This document shows positions 1 through 9,598 of a stretch of 64,000 nt of DNA, in pieces (the first letter of the stretch is position 1; every line of letters begins with the position of its first letter). Under the pieces are notes generated by a model. That model did not search any database and was not told the origin of the DNA. It worked only from the letters and a program-made list of their open reading frames with translations. Location: contig SCSF01000072.1 of assembly GCA_004298435.1 (NCBI GenBank), positions 3,271 through 67,270 of the forward strand, in the 5' to 3' direction. The DNA comes from Beijerinckiaceae bacterium. GTDB lineage: Bacteria > Pseudomonadota > Alphaproteobacteria > Rhizobiales > Beijerinckiaceae. Both the position numbers and the translations under genes were made by a program.

Positions 1-1
1 C

Positions 2-220
2 GCAGCCATATCGGGACTTCGCACGCACGAACCGCAGCTAACACTTTGGCCGGAAACGGCGATTCCAGGCCTTAACTTAGAGTCTAACTCAGAATCTAAC
101 TCTTGTTATTGGTCCGCGCGATCTGCGGATAAACGCGCCACCTCCGCTGCGCAGGCCTCCGAGCCACCAGCACGACAGCCGTCGCTGCCCTTCGGTCGCA
201 AGCCGGGAGGGAAGAGATGA
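2..220 (+). CDS. repA: Replication initiator RepA-like protein, C-terminal end (partial)
   Basis: Open frame from base 2 (ISGLRTHEPQLTLWPETAIPGLNLESNSESN...) ends in TGA overlapping the parA ATG (ATGA). Position and the LNLESNxESN tail match my recollection of RepA in these ICEs. Confidence 0.6.
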   Translation, partial: AAISGLRTHEPQLTLWPETAIPGLNLESNSESNSCYWSARSADKRATSAAQASEPPARQPSLPFGRKPGGKR

Positions 221-816
221 TCGTCGCTCTGCTCAACCAGAAGGGCGGCGTCGGCAAGACCACGCTTGCGCTTCATCTCGCCGGCGAGCTGGCGCTGCAC
301 GGCAAGCGCGTGACGCTGATCGATGCCGACCCGCAGGGCTCGGCGCTCGATTGGTCGCAGCAGAGGGCGCGGGAGAACGTCTCCCGGCTCTTCGGAGTCG
401 GTGGCCTCGCGCGCGACACGCTCCATCGCGAGGCGCCCGAGATCGCGCTCACCGCCGATCATGTCGTCATCGACGGACCGCCGCGCGTCGCGGGGTTGAT
501 GCGCTCGGCGCTCTTAGCCGCCGACCTCGTGCTGATCCCAGTACAGCCGTCGCCCTTCGACGGCTGGGCCTCGGCCGAGATGCTGGAGCTGCTGCGCGAA
601 GCGCGCATCTATCGCCCGCAGATCGCGGCGCGCTTCGTGCTGAACCGCTGCGCGGCCCGCACGATCATCGCTCGCGAGACGGCCGAAACGCTCGCCGATC
701 ACGATCCGCCGGTGCTCACCAGCACCATCGGCCAGCGCGTCATCTTCGCCGACGCCGCACAGTCCGGCCGGCTTGTGTTCGAGCTCGCCGCTGAAGTCTC
801 GAGGATTGCGCCATGA
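217..816 (+). CDS. parA: ParA-family partition ATPase
   Basis: Deviant Walker A QKGGVGKTT, DADPQGS and IDGPP motifs. Confidence 0.95.
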   Translation: MIVALLNQKGGVGKTTLALHLAGELALHGKRVTLIDADPQGSALDWSQQRARENVSRLFGVGGLARDTLHREAPEIALTADHVVIDGPPRVAGLMRSALLAADLVLIPVQPSPFDGWASAEMLELLREARIYRPQIAARFVLNRCAARTIIARETAETLADHDPPVLTSTIGQRVIFADAAQSGRLVFELAAEVSRIAP

Positions 817-1067
817 GCGCGCGTGGCGCCCGACGCGGCTTCGCCGCCCGGCCCGGCGACGCCGAGAGCTGGATCAAGACGCCTGACGCCCCAAGCCGTC
901 GCGGTGACGAGCCCTCCGCCTTCACCGCGCGCCTGACGATCGACGTCACGCCGGCGCTGCGCGGCCGCATCAAGGTCGTCGCGTTCCAGCGCGGGATCAC
1001 CGTTGCCGACATGCTGCGCGACCTCTTCGCGCGCGAATTCCCCGCCGATCCCGGAGAGTCCTCATGA
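813..1067 (+). CDS. Ribbon-helix-helix partition partner (ParG-like)
   Basis: 84 aa with ARLTIDV...RIKVVAF...TVADMLR RHH pattern; coupled to parA. Confidence 0.8.
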   Translation: MSARGARRGFAARPGDAESWIKTPDAPSRRGDEPSAFTARLTIDVTPALRGRIKVVAFQRGITVADMLRDLFAREFPADPGESS

Positions 1068-1582
1068 ACGACAACGAGCCGTCGCCGCCGCGTGTCGTGC
1101 CGCCATCGCATCGGCGCACCGTCGCACTCACCCATGTCGAACTGACCTGGATCGAGAAGAAGATCGAGCACTGGCTACGCTTCGGCCGGCGTGCCGAGGA
1201 GAAGATCCTCGATCGCCGCCGCAGCATCTCGAGCTTCAAGCCAGGCAGCATTTTCGCGTTTGTGCGCTGGGCGTCGAACGACTTCGGCACCGTCATCTCG
1301 CGCATGGACATCGTGCGCGCGGTCGAGCCTGGCGCACGTTTCCAGACGCTGCCTTTCGTGCGCCCCGGCGGCGAGATCCTGCTGCGAGTCGATAGCTGGC
1401 CGAAGGTCGAGCGCGTGCTCCAGGCGATCGACGCCGTCGAGGCGCTCAACGTTGATCCCGCCGACGCCGCGCCGGAATACTGGCGCCACCTCCACAACCG
1501 TCTCGCCGCCGGCCATGAACCGCGCCCGTACACGCGCGATCAGCACGCCGCCTGGCTCAAGCGCCGGAGCGTCACGCTATGA
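1064..1582 (+). CDS. DUF2840-like ICE backbone protein
   Basis: LTHVELTWIEKKIEHWLRFG / FAFVRWASNDFGT motifs and conserved position. Confidence 0.8.
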   Translation: MNDNEPSPPRVVPPSHRRTVALTHVELTWIEKKIEHWLRFGRRAEEKILDRRRSISSFKPGSIFAFVRWASNDFGTVISRMDIVRAVEPGARFQTLPFVRPGGEILLRVDSWPKVERVLQAIDAVEALNVDPADAAPEYWRHLHNRLAAGHEPRPYTRDQHAAWLKRRSVTL

Positions 1583-2124
1583 CCCGCTTCGGCTACGTCA
1601 TGACGACGTATTTCGCCATGCTCGTCTTCATTGGCATGGCCTTCGTCCATCCGGCGCCGCGCCTGATCTGGAATGCCACGGCGAGCACGCCGACCGGGCT
1701 TTATGCGCTCCGCCCGGCCGGACAGCTCCACGCGCTCGAACTGGTCGCCGTGCGTGCGCCCGAACCGATCGCCAGCTACCTGGCCGATGGCGGCTTCCTG
1801 CCCAAGGGCGTGCCGCTGCTGAAGCGCGTGATGGCGCTGCCTGGGCAGACCGTGTGCCGCGCAGGCGACTCCATCACGGTCGATCACATCGCAGTCGGCG
1901 CGGCGCGTGAGCGCGATCACCTCGGCCGCCCGCTGCCGCGTTGGAGCGGCTGCCACACGCTCGGCCCCAGCGAAGTCTTCCTCATGAACCCGACCGTCCC
2001 GGACAGCTTGGACGGACGCTATTTCGGCCCGCTCCCCGTCACTTCGATCGTCGCCCGCGCGGTCCCGCTGTGGACCGACGAGGCCGGCGACGGCCGCTTC
2101 GTGTGGCGCGCCGCCACCGATTGA
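1579..2124 (+). CDS. traF: S26 peptidase, TraF-like pilin-processing protease
   Basis: WNATASTPTGLY, PLLKRV, SLDGRYFGP motifs. Confidence 0.9.
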   Translation: MTRFGYVMTTYFAMLVFIGMAFVHPAPRLIWNATASTPTGLYALRPAGQLHALELVAVRAPEPIASYLADGGFLPKGVPLLKRVMALPGQTVCRAGDSITVDHIAVGAARERDHLGRPLPRWSGCHTLGPSEVFLMNPTVPDSLDGRYFGPLPVTSIVARAVPLWTDEAGDGRFVWRAATD

Positions 2125-2159
2125 CCCGCCTCTCAACCCGCCAACAACGGAGGTTTCCC

Positions 2160-2495
2160 ATGGCGCAGATTGGTCAGTTCACCCGAGACAAGTCCGGGTT
2201 CACCGGGCGCATCCAGACGCTCTTCTTCTACCATGACCTTTCCCTCGTTCCGGCCGAATCCTCCGATGCCGAGAACGCGCCCGACTATCGGGTCCACATG
2301 GGCGACGGCGATGGCCCGGAGATCGGCGCGGGCTGGAAGCGCACGGGCGAGAAGGCCGGCGAGTATGTCTCACTCGTCATCGACGATCCCACACTCGCGC
2401 AGCCGATCCGCGCCAACCTCTTCCAGTCGGGCGACGACAAGTCCGCTTGGGTGCTGAACTGGAACCGCCCGCCGAAGCGTGGCGATCGGGGCTGA
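2160..2495 (+). CDS. DUF736-family protein
   Basis: MAQIGQF...APDYRV...EIGAGW...YVSLVIDDP...IRANLF; GGAGG RBS before ATG 2160. Confidence 0.85.
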   Translation: MAQIGQFTRDKSGFTGRIQTLFFYHDLSLVPAESSDAENAPDYRVHMGDGDGPEIGAGWKRTGEKAGEYVSLVIDDPTLAQPIRANLFQSGDDKSAWVLNWNRPPKRGDRG

Positions 2496-2499
2496 CCGC

Positions 2500-3216
2500 A
2501 TGCGGCGCGCGCTTCTTCTGCTCGCCAGCGTAGCGGCGCTCGGCATGCCCGCCGTCGCCGTCCACGCTCAGGCGGCGCCCACCGCGGTGCAGGCTTCGGG
2601 CGACTCCTACGCCGCTCTGGTTGCCGAAGCCGCGCAACGCTTCGGCATTCCAGCGGCATGGATTCGGGCGATCATGCGGATCGAGAGCCGTGGCGATCGG
2701 CGCGCCATCTCGCCCAAGGGCGCGATGGGCCTGATGCAGCTCATGCCCGAAACCTGGGCTGCGCTTCGCGCTCGCTACGGCCTCGGGCGCGACGCGTTCG
2801 ATGCGCACGACAACATCCTGGCGGGCGCCGCTTTCCTGCGGGAAATGCACGACCGCTACGGATCGCCGGGATTCCTCGCGGCGTATAATGCCGGGCCGGG
2901 GCGATATGAGGACTATCGCGACCGGCATCGTCCGCTGCCCCCGGAGACGGTCGCTTATGTCGCGGCGCTCGTCCCTTTTGTCGGGGACGGCGCGACCGAT
3001 GGGCCTGTCCTCGTGGCGGCCTCCGGTCCGCCGTCTTGGACACAGGCCCCTCTCTTCATCACGCGATCGGCAAGCGCTGAACCTGTCGATCGCGCACCAT
3101 CCAAACAGCCGTCGAGCGATGCGCCGGCTGCCATCGCGGTGCGCGACCTGTCGGCCATCGCACCGCAATCCGATGGGCTGTTCGTCCATGTTTCCGCAGC
3201 GGGGCCGAAACCGTGA
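2500..3216 (+). CDS. Lytic transglycosylase (SLT domain), secreted
   Basis: Signal peptide; IESRG, GAMGLMQLMPET, AAYNAGPG motifs. Confidence 0.92.
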   Translation: MRRALLLLASVAALGMPAVAVHAQAAPTAVQASGDSYAALVAEAAQRFGIPAAWIRAIMRIESRGDRRAISPKGAMGLMQLMPETWAALRARYGLGRDAFDAHDNILAGAAFLREMHDRYGSPGFLAAYNAGPGRYEDYRDRHRPLPPETVAYVAALVPFVGDGATDGPVLVAASGPPSWTQAPLFITRSASAEPVDRAPSKQPSSDAPAAIAVRDLSAIAPQSDGLFVHVSAAGPKP

Positions 3217-3289
3217 TCGCGCCGCTCTCCCGCCGATGTGCCGCTACATCACCTCAGTCAGCTCGCGCTTTCCCTGTCCGCTCGGCGGC

Positions 3290-3570
3290 GTCTGACGTCC
3301 CCGGAGGCTACATCGCAGCTATAGAGCGCGATTTCGCAGGCGGGCGCGGCACAGCGTCCTTCCGGGAAGAAGGAAGGGCAGGCAGGGGAGGAACGCAGAA
3401 ACCAACCGACCGAGGGCGAGATAAAAGGCCGCAATGTGCGGCTCGGTCGGTCGGTTGTTTTTGTTGGGATTTTTCGGCGATCCGGCAATGTGCGGACCCA
3501 GGGCGCAATGTGCGCGGGCGCCTCAACGCTTTGCCGGACCTCGCTTTTCCACACATTGCCGAGGCTGGCG
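3290..3570. promoter_or_regulatory. Candidate oriT / relaxase regulatory region
   Basis: Lies directly upstream of the relaxase. Inverted repeat AACCGACCGAG/CTCGGTCGG and four GCAATGTG motifs. Nick site not identified. Confidence 0.5.
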
Positions 3571-5310
3571 ATGGCTGAAGAGAATGACTTCCAGCCCCGG
3601 CCAGGCCGCATCCGCTCTTCGCGGAGCCAACGGGCCAAGCCCTTCATCGCCCAGGCGCTCGCCGCCGCCCAACGCGCCGGCGGCGGCGTGTCGCGACAGG
3701 GCATGCTCAGAAGTGGGAAGCGCTCGACGTTCGGCCGCGGCCGGGTCGCCGGCGTGCAGGCGAAGCGTCTGCTCACCGGCCGCTCGCGTCTGGTGACGAT
3801 CAAGACCCGCGTCGTCCGTCATGCGGCGAGATCAGCGCCGCTCTCGGCCCACCTCGGCTATCTCCGGCGCGAGGGCGTCACCCGGGACGGGGAAAAGGCG
3901 AGGCTGTTCGGACCGGAGACGGCGGATGCTGATCCCAAGGCCTTCGCGGAGCGCTCTCAGGATGATCGCCACCATTTCCGATTCATCGTCTCACCCGAAG
4001 ATGCCGCCGAGCTGTCCGACCTCAAGGGCTTCGCCCGCGAGTTGGTCGGCCAGATGGAGAAGGATCTGGGGACCAAGCTGGATTGGGTCGCTGTCGATCA
4101 CTGGAACACGCAGCATCCGCACGTCCACGTCATCGTGCGCGGCGTCGCCGACGACGGCCAGGACCTCGTCATCTCGCGCGACTACATCAAGGAAGGCATG
4201 CGCGCCCGCGCCCAGGACCTGGTGACGCAGGAGCTGGGGCTGCGCAGCGATTTCGATATCCGCCGCGCGCTCGAGCGCCAGATCGACGCCGAGCGCTGGA
4301 CCCAGCTCGACCGGCAGCTCGTCCGCGACGCCGATCGGCACGGCGTCATCGACCTCGCGCCGGATGCGGGACGCCAGCCTGATCCGTTCGAAGCGCTCAA
4401 GGTCGGACGATTGCGGCGCCTGGAGGGTCTTGGTCTCGCGCACCAGCTCGGGCCGGGCCAATGGACGATGGACGCCGCCGCCGAGACGACCTTGCGCGAG
4501 CTCGGCGAGCGCGGCGACATTATCAAGCGCATCCACCGCAGCCTGACCGAGCGCGGCATCGAGCGGGCCGCGGCGACCTATGTGCTCGCTGGCGAGAGCC
4601 TGGATGTCCCGATCATCGGCCGCTTGGTCGATCGCGGTCTCGACGATGAGCTGAAGGGTACGGCCTACGCTGTCGTCGATGGCGTCGACGGGCGGACCCA
4701 CCACATCAAGCTTCCCGATCTCGACGCCTCCGGCGACAGCGCGCCGGGCTCGATCGTCGAGCTGCGCAAGTTCGACGACGCGCAGGGCCGGCGTCGCGTC
4801 GCCATTGCTGTGCGTTCCGACCTCGCCATCGAAGACCAGGTGGCGGCGAGCGGCGCAACCTGGCTCGATCGCCAAGCCGTCGCGCGCGATCCGGTGGCGC
4901 TCGGCCAAGCCGGCTTCGGCGCCGAGGTCCGCGAGGCGATGGATCGCCGGGCGGACCAGCTCATCGAGCAGGGCCTTGCCGACCGACAGGCGCGGGGGAT
5001 CGCGTTCGCCTCCGGCCTGATCGGAACGCTTCGACGGCGGGAGGTGGAGGCGTTGGGCGAGCGGCTCGCCGCCGAAACGGGCCAGCCGTTCAATGGCGCG
5101 GCGACCGGCGAGTATGTCGCCGGCACCTACCGACAGCGCTTCGCGCTCGCCTCCGGCCGCTTCGCCATGATCGACGACGGTCTTGGCTTTCAGCTCGTGC
5201 CCTGGACGCCCTCCCTCGAAAAGCAGCTCGGCCGCCACGTCTCCGGCGTCACCCGCGCGGATGGCGGGATCGACTGGGGCTTCGGCCGCAACCGGGGGCT
5301 CTGGCTGTGA
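3571..5310 (+). CDS. VirD2-like relaxase with DUF3363-type C-terminus (RlxS-like)
   Basis: HLGYLRREG tyrosine motif, HHFRFIVSPED, HWNTQHPHVHVIVRG (HUH/3H motif). Confidence 0.92.
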   Translation: MAEENDFQPRPGRIRSSRSQRAKPFIAQALAAAQRAGGGVSRQGMLRSGKRSTFGRGRVAGVQAKRLLTGRSRLVTIKTRVVRHAARSAPLSAHLGYLRREGVTRDGEKARLFGPETADADPKAFAERSQDDRHHFRFIVSPEDAAELSDLKGFARELVGQMEKDLGTKLDWVAVDHWNTQHPHVHVIVRGVADDGQDLVISRDYIKEGMRARAQDLVTQELGLRSDFDIRRALERQIDAERWTQLDRQLVRDADRHGVIDLAPDAGRQPDPFEALKVGRLRRLEGLGLAHQLGPGQWTMDAAAETTLRELGERGDIIKRIHRSLTERGIERAAATYVLAGESLDVPIIGRLVDRGLDDELKGTAYAVVDGVDGRTHHIKLPDLDASGDSAPGSIVELRKFDDAQGRRRVAIAVRSDLAIEDQVAASGATWLDRQAVARDPVALGQAGFGAEVREAMDRRADQLIEQGLADRQARGIAFASGLIGTLRRREVEALGERLAAETGQPFNGAATGEYVAGTYRQRFALASGRFAMIDDGLGFQLVPWTPSLEKQLGRHVSGVTRADGGIDWGFGRNRGLWL

Positions 5311-5351
5311 ACGAACCTTCCAATCATCGACCTCAGGAAAGGACGTCTTCT

Positions 5352-7334
5352 ATGTCCGCGACCAAGATTCTCTGGGGCCAGGTCATCACCGTCTTCACAA
5401 TCGTCCTGCTCGCGATCTGGAGCGCGACGGAGTGGACGGCCTGGCGCCTCGGCTTCCAGCCCCAGCTCGGCCACCCGTGGTTCGAGTTTCTGCATTTCCC
5501 GTTCTACCTTCCGCCGGCCTTCTTCTGGTGGTGGTTCGCCTACGACGCCTACGCGCCCGACATCTTCATTCAGGGCGCCTATATCGCCGCCTCGGGCGGC
5601 CTCATCGCCGCAGCCGTCGCCATCGGCATGTCGGTCTGGCGCGCCCGTGAGGCGAAGAACGCCGAGACCTACGGCTCGGCGCGCTGGGCGCAGCCGAAGG
5701 AGATCGAACGCGCCGGACTGCTGGGGCCCGATGGCGTGGTGCTGGGGCGCTACCAGCGCAGCTATTTGCGTCACGACGGGCCGGAGCATGTGTTGTGCTT
5801 TGCGCCGACGCGATCGGGCAAGGGCGTGGGTCTGGTGATCCCGTCGCTCTTGACTTGGCCGGGCTCGGCGATCGTCCATGACATCAAGGGCGAGAACTGG
5901 CAGCTCACCGCCGGCTTCCGCGCCCAGCACGGCCGCGTGCTCCTGTTCGATCCGACCAACGCCAAGTCGTCAGCCTACAATCCGTTGCTCGAGGTCCGCC
6001 GCGGCGAATGGGAGGTGCGCGACGTCCAGAACATCGCCGACATCCTGGTCGACCCGGAAGGTAGTCTGGAGAAGCGGAACCATTGGGAGAAGACCAGTCA
6101 CGCGCTTCTGGTCGGCGCCATCCTGCACGTCCTCTATGCGGAGGCTGACAAGACCCTCGCCGGCGTCGCGTCATTTCTCTCCGATCCCAAGCGGCCGATC
6201 GAATCCACGCTCGCGGCGATGATGCGCACGCCCCATCTCGGCGAGGCCGGCGTCCATCCCGTCGTCGCCTCCGCCGCGCGCGAGTTGTTGAACAAGTCGG
6301 GAAACGAGCGGTCCGGCGTGTTGAGCACGGCCATGTCGTTCCTCGGCCTTTATCGCGATCCGGTGGTCGCCGAGGTGACGCGGCGTTGCGACTGGCGGAT
6401 CGGCGACATCGTCGCGGGCGAGCGGCCGACGACGCTCTACCTGGTGGTCCCACCCTCGGACATCAACCGCACCAAGCCGCTCATCCGCCTGATCCTCAAC
6501 CAGATCGGAAGGCGGCTCACAGAGGACCTGCAGGCTGAGGCCGGACGGCGGCGGCTGCTCCTGATGCTCGACGAATTCCCCGCGCTCGGCCGGCTCGATT
6601 TCTTCGAGAGCGCGCTGGCGTTCATGGCCGGCTACGGCATCAAGAGCTTCCTGATCGCCCAGTCGCTGAACCAGATCGAGAAGGCCTACGGGCCGAACAA
6701 CTCGATCCTCGACAACTGCCATGTGCGGGTCAGCTTTGCCACCAACGACGAGCGCACCGCCAAGCGGGTCAGTGACGCGCTCGGCACCGCGACCGAGATG
6801 AAGGCCATGAAGAACTATGCCGGGAGCCGGCTGTCGCCCTGGCTCGGCCATCTCATGGTCTCTCGATCGGAGACGGCGCGCCCGCTGTTGACGCCGGGCG
6901 AGATCATGCAGCTTCCGCCCACTGACGAGATTGTCATGATGTCGGGTGTCCATCCGATCCGCACCAAGAAAGCGCGCTACTACGAGGACGCGCGCTTGCA
7001 GGAGCGCATCCTACCGCCGCCGAAGCCGGCCCGGCCGAAGGAAGGCCGATCTGACGACTGGAGTTCACGGCCATTGCCGCCGCCTCCACCGGCCCGCGCG
7101 GTGCGTGATGGCGAGGAGGCCGACGACGAAGATCCGAAGAACGCGGACCGCCGTCTCCAACCCGAGCTGAACCCGGAAACGGTCGAAAAGAAGGAGCCGA
7201 TCGACAACGAATTCGCGCTCGACCCGACCGATGAGCTGGAGGAGGACGCGCCCCGGATCGGCCGAATGAACGACCTCATGCAGGGCGTGGCGCGTCAGGC
7301 TTCGCTCGATCCGGGCGACGACCTGGGACTGTGA
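5352..7334 (+). CDS. traG: Type IV coupling protein TraG/VirD4
   Basis: FAPTRSGKG Walker A, LMLDEFP Walker B, N-terminal TM segments. Confidence 0.95.
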   Translation: MSATKILWGQVITVFTIVLLAIWSATEWTAWRLGFQPQLGHPWFEFLHFPFYLPPAFFWWWFAYDAYAPDIFIQGAYIAASGGLIAAAVAIGMSVWRAREAKNAETYGSARWAQPKEIERAGLLGPDGVVLGRYQRSYLRHDGPEHVLCFAPTRSGKGVGLVIPSLLTWPGSAIVHDIKGENWQLTAGFRAQHGRVLLFDPTNAKSSAYNPLLEVRRGEWEVRDVQNIADILVDPEGSLEKRNHWEKTSHALLVGAILHVLYAEADKTLAGVASFLSDPKRPIESTLAAMMRTPHLGEAGVHPVVASAARELLNKSGNERSGVLSTAMSFLGLYRDPVVAEVTRRCDWRIGDIVAGERPTTLYLVVPPSDINRTKPLIRLILNQIGRRLTEDLQAEAGRRRLLLMLDEFPALGRLDFFESALAFMAGYGIKSFLIAQSLNQIEKAYGPNNSILDNCHVRVSFATNDERTAKRVSDALGTATEMKAMKNYAGSRLSPWLGHLMVSRSETARPLLTPGEIMQLPPTDEIVMMSGVHPIRTKKARYYEDARLQERILPPPKPARPKEGRSDDWSSRPLPPPPPARAVRDGEEADDEDPKNADRRLQPELNPETVEKKEPIDNEFALDPTDELEEDAPRIGRMNDLMQGVARQASLDPGDDLGL

Positions 7335-7341
7335 GGCAAGC

Positions 7342-7788
7342 ATGCCGTCACCGAAAAAGAAGGCTCAGATCTCGGTCTACCTCGATCCGGAGGTGATGCG
7401 GTCCCTCTCGGTCTTTGCCGCGCGTCGGGGGCAACCGATGTCGCTGATCGCCGAGGCGGCTATCGCATCGTTCCTGTCGCCGGATGCCGATGAGCGGCGA
7501 GAGGCGGCGATCGCGAAGCGGCTCGACCAACAGGATCGGCGTTTGGCGCGGATCGAGCGTGATGTGGGTATCGCTGTCGAGACACTCGCGCTGTTTATCC
7601 GCTTCTGGCTCACGACCACGCCGTCATTGCCTGAACCAGCCGCCAAGGCGGCGCGGGCGCAGGCCGGAACACGCTACGACAACTTCGTCGGCGCGCTTGG
7701 CCGGCGCCTCAGCCAGGGGCCTAAGCTCCGCCAGGAGATCCCCGACGATGTGCGGGAAGATCCGACTCGATCAACTGACGCCGACTAG
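7342..7788 (+). CDS. CopG/RHH-family DNA-binding protein
   Basis: QISVYLDP...SLIAEAAIASFLSPD; conserved traG-trbB position. Confidence 0.85.
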   Translation: MPSPKKKAQISVYLDPEVMRSLSVFAARRGQPMSLIAEAAIASFLSPDADERREAAIAKRLDQQDRRLARIERDVGIAVETLALFIRFWLTTTPSLPEPAAKAARAQAGTRYDNFVGALGRRLSQGPKLRQEIPDDVREDPTRSTDAD

Positions 7789-7979
7789 ACCCAATCCCGA
7801 ATAACCGGAGCAACACCTACGCCGTCCAATCAGACGCCGCACCCAGCAAGTCTTTTTTCTCTCCTCTACGCCGGGCCACTACGCCATCTGAATACTTGTT
7901 GAAGCGCCCCATTTCTTATCTCTTCTAATCGTCCCCGTTGCTAGTCGCGTCTCGCGATTGGCCAATGACGGGGACGACC

Positions 7980-8978
7980 GTGGCGGTCACACCACTTCAT
8001 TCCGAGGCCTTCTCCCGCGGTGCGCGCATGCTGCGCACCGCGCTCGGTCCCGCCATCGCCGCCTTCCTCGAAGACCCCTCGATCGTCGAGGTGATGCTCA
8101 ACCCCGACGGCCGGCTCTGGATCGACCGGCTGTCGGGCGGCCTCGAAGATACTGGTCGCACCCTCTCCGCCGCTGACGGCGAGCGGATCGTGCGCCTGGT
8201 GGCGCACCACGTCGGCGCCGAGGTCCATGCGGAGCGGCCGCGCGTCTCGGCCGAGCTGCCCGAGACGGGAGAGCGGTTCGAGGGCCTGTTGCCGCCGGTG
8301 GTGGCCGCGCCGGCTTTTGCGATCCGCAAGCCCGCCGTCGCCGTCTTCACCCTCGACGACTATGTCGCCGCCGGCATCATGCTGGCCGGCCAGGCCGCGG
8401 TGCTCCGCGCCGCCGTGGCTGATCGCAAGAACATCCTCGTCGCCGGCGGCACCTCGACCGGCAAGACCACACTCACCAACGCCCTCCTGGCTGAGATCGC
8501 CGGCACCACCGACCGCGTGGTGTTGATCGAGGACACCCGCGAGCTGCAATGCCGCGCGCCCAACCTTGTGGCGCTCCGTACCAAGGACGGCGTCGCCTCG
8601 CTCTCCGATCTGGTCCGCTCCTCGCTGCGCCTGCGCCCCGATCGCATCCCGATCGGCGAGGTGCGCGGCGCGGAGGCGCTGGACCTTTTGAAGGCCTGGG
8701 GCACCGGCCACCCCGGCGGCATCGGCACGATCCACGCCGGCACCGCGCTCGGCGCGATGCGCCGCCTCGAGCAGCTCATCCAGGAAGCCGTCGTCACCGT
8801 CCCCACGGCGCTAATCGCCGAGACTATCGATCTCGTCGCGGTGCTGCGCGGGCGCGGCAGCGAACGCCGCCTTTCCGAACTCGCACTCATCGCCGGTCTC
8901 GATCCCGCCACCGGCGATTACCGCGTCCAGTCCGCCGGGGCGGGCGGCGACCTCTTGCCCCCCGGAGACCCATCATGA
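7980..8978 (+). CDS. trbB: Conjugal transfer ATPase TrbB (VirB11)
   Basis: [29 protein letters not shown]; GTG start chosen from the GGGGA RBS. Confidence 0.95.
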   Translation: MAVTPLHSEAFSRGARMLRTALGPAIAAFLEDPSIVEVMLNPDGRLWIDRLSGGLEDTGRTLSAADGERIVRLVAHHVGAEVHAERPRVSAELPETGERFEGLLPPVVAAPAFAIRKPAVAVFTLDDYVAAGIMLAGQAAVLRAAVADRKNILVAGGTSTGKTTLTNALLAEIAGTTDRVVLIEDTRELQCRAPNLVALRTKDGVASLSDLVRSSLRLRPDRIPIGEVRGAEALDLLKAWGTGHPGGIGTIHAGTALGAMRRLEQLIQEAVVTVPTALIAETIDLVAVLRGRGSERRLSELALIAGLDPATGDYRVQSAGAGGDLLPPGDPS

Positions 8979-9316
8979 TCCGTGTTCTCGCTGTCGCTCA
9001 TTCTTCGCGTCGCCGCGTGGCCGAGCTCGTTACGCTCGCGACCCTGACGCTCGCCTTCGCCCCGGCGGCTTACGCCTCCGGCTCCTCCATGCCGTGGGAG
9101 ACCCCGCTCAACTCCATACTGGAGTCGGTGCAAGGGCCCGTCGCGAAGATCATCTCGGTCATCATCATCACCGTGACCGGCCTGACGCTCGCCTTCGGCG
9201 ACACGAGCGGCGGCTTCCGCCGGCTGATCCAGATTGTGTTTGGCCTGTCGATCGCCTTCGCCGCGTCGAGCTTCTTCCTCTCCTTCTTCTCGTTCTCCGG
9301 CGGAGCGCTGGTCTGA
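8975..9316 (+). CDS. trbC: Pilin TrbC/VirB2
   Basis: SMPWETPLNSILES...GPVAK; two hydrophobic helices. Confidence 0.9.
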   Translation: MIRVLAVAHSSRRRVAELVTLATLTLAFAPAAYASGSSMPWETPLNSILESVQGPVAKIISVIIITVTGLTLAFGDTSGGFRRLIQIVFGLSIAFAASSFFLSFFSFSGGALV

Positions 9317-9591
9317 TGGCCGCGATCGTCGATCCCGACGTGCCCGGCTTCTTCGCGCCGGTCCATCGCGCGCTTACCGACCCAATTCTGATGGGCGGCG
9401 CGCCGCGGACCGTCGCGATCGCCAACGGCACGCTCGCCGCGGCGATCGCCCTCGGCCTGCGGCTCTGGATCCCCGGCGCGCTGATCTGGGCGGTAGGTCA
9501 CACCGCGGCCGTCTGGGCGGCGAAGCGCGATCCGCAGTTCGTCGACGTGGTGCGCCGGCACCTTCGTTACCCAGCCTATCTCGGCGTCTGA
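9316..9591 (+). CDS. trbD: TrbD/VirB3
   Basis: PVHRALTDPILMGGAPR...RDPQF. Confidence 0.9.
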   Translation: MAAIVDPDVPGFFAPVHRALTDPILMGGAPRTVAIANGTLAAAIALGLRLWIPGALIWAVGHTAAVWAAKRDPQFVDVVRRHLRYPAYLGV

Positions 9592-9598
9592 GGCTCCG

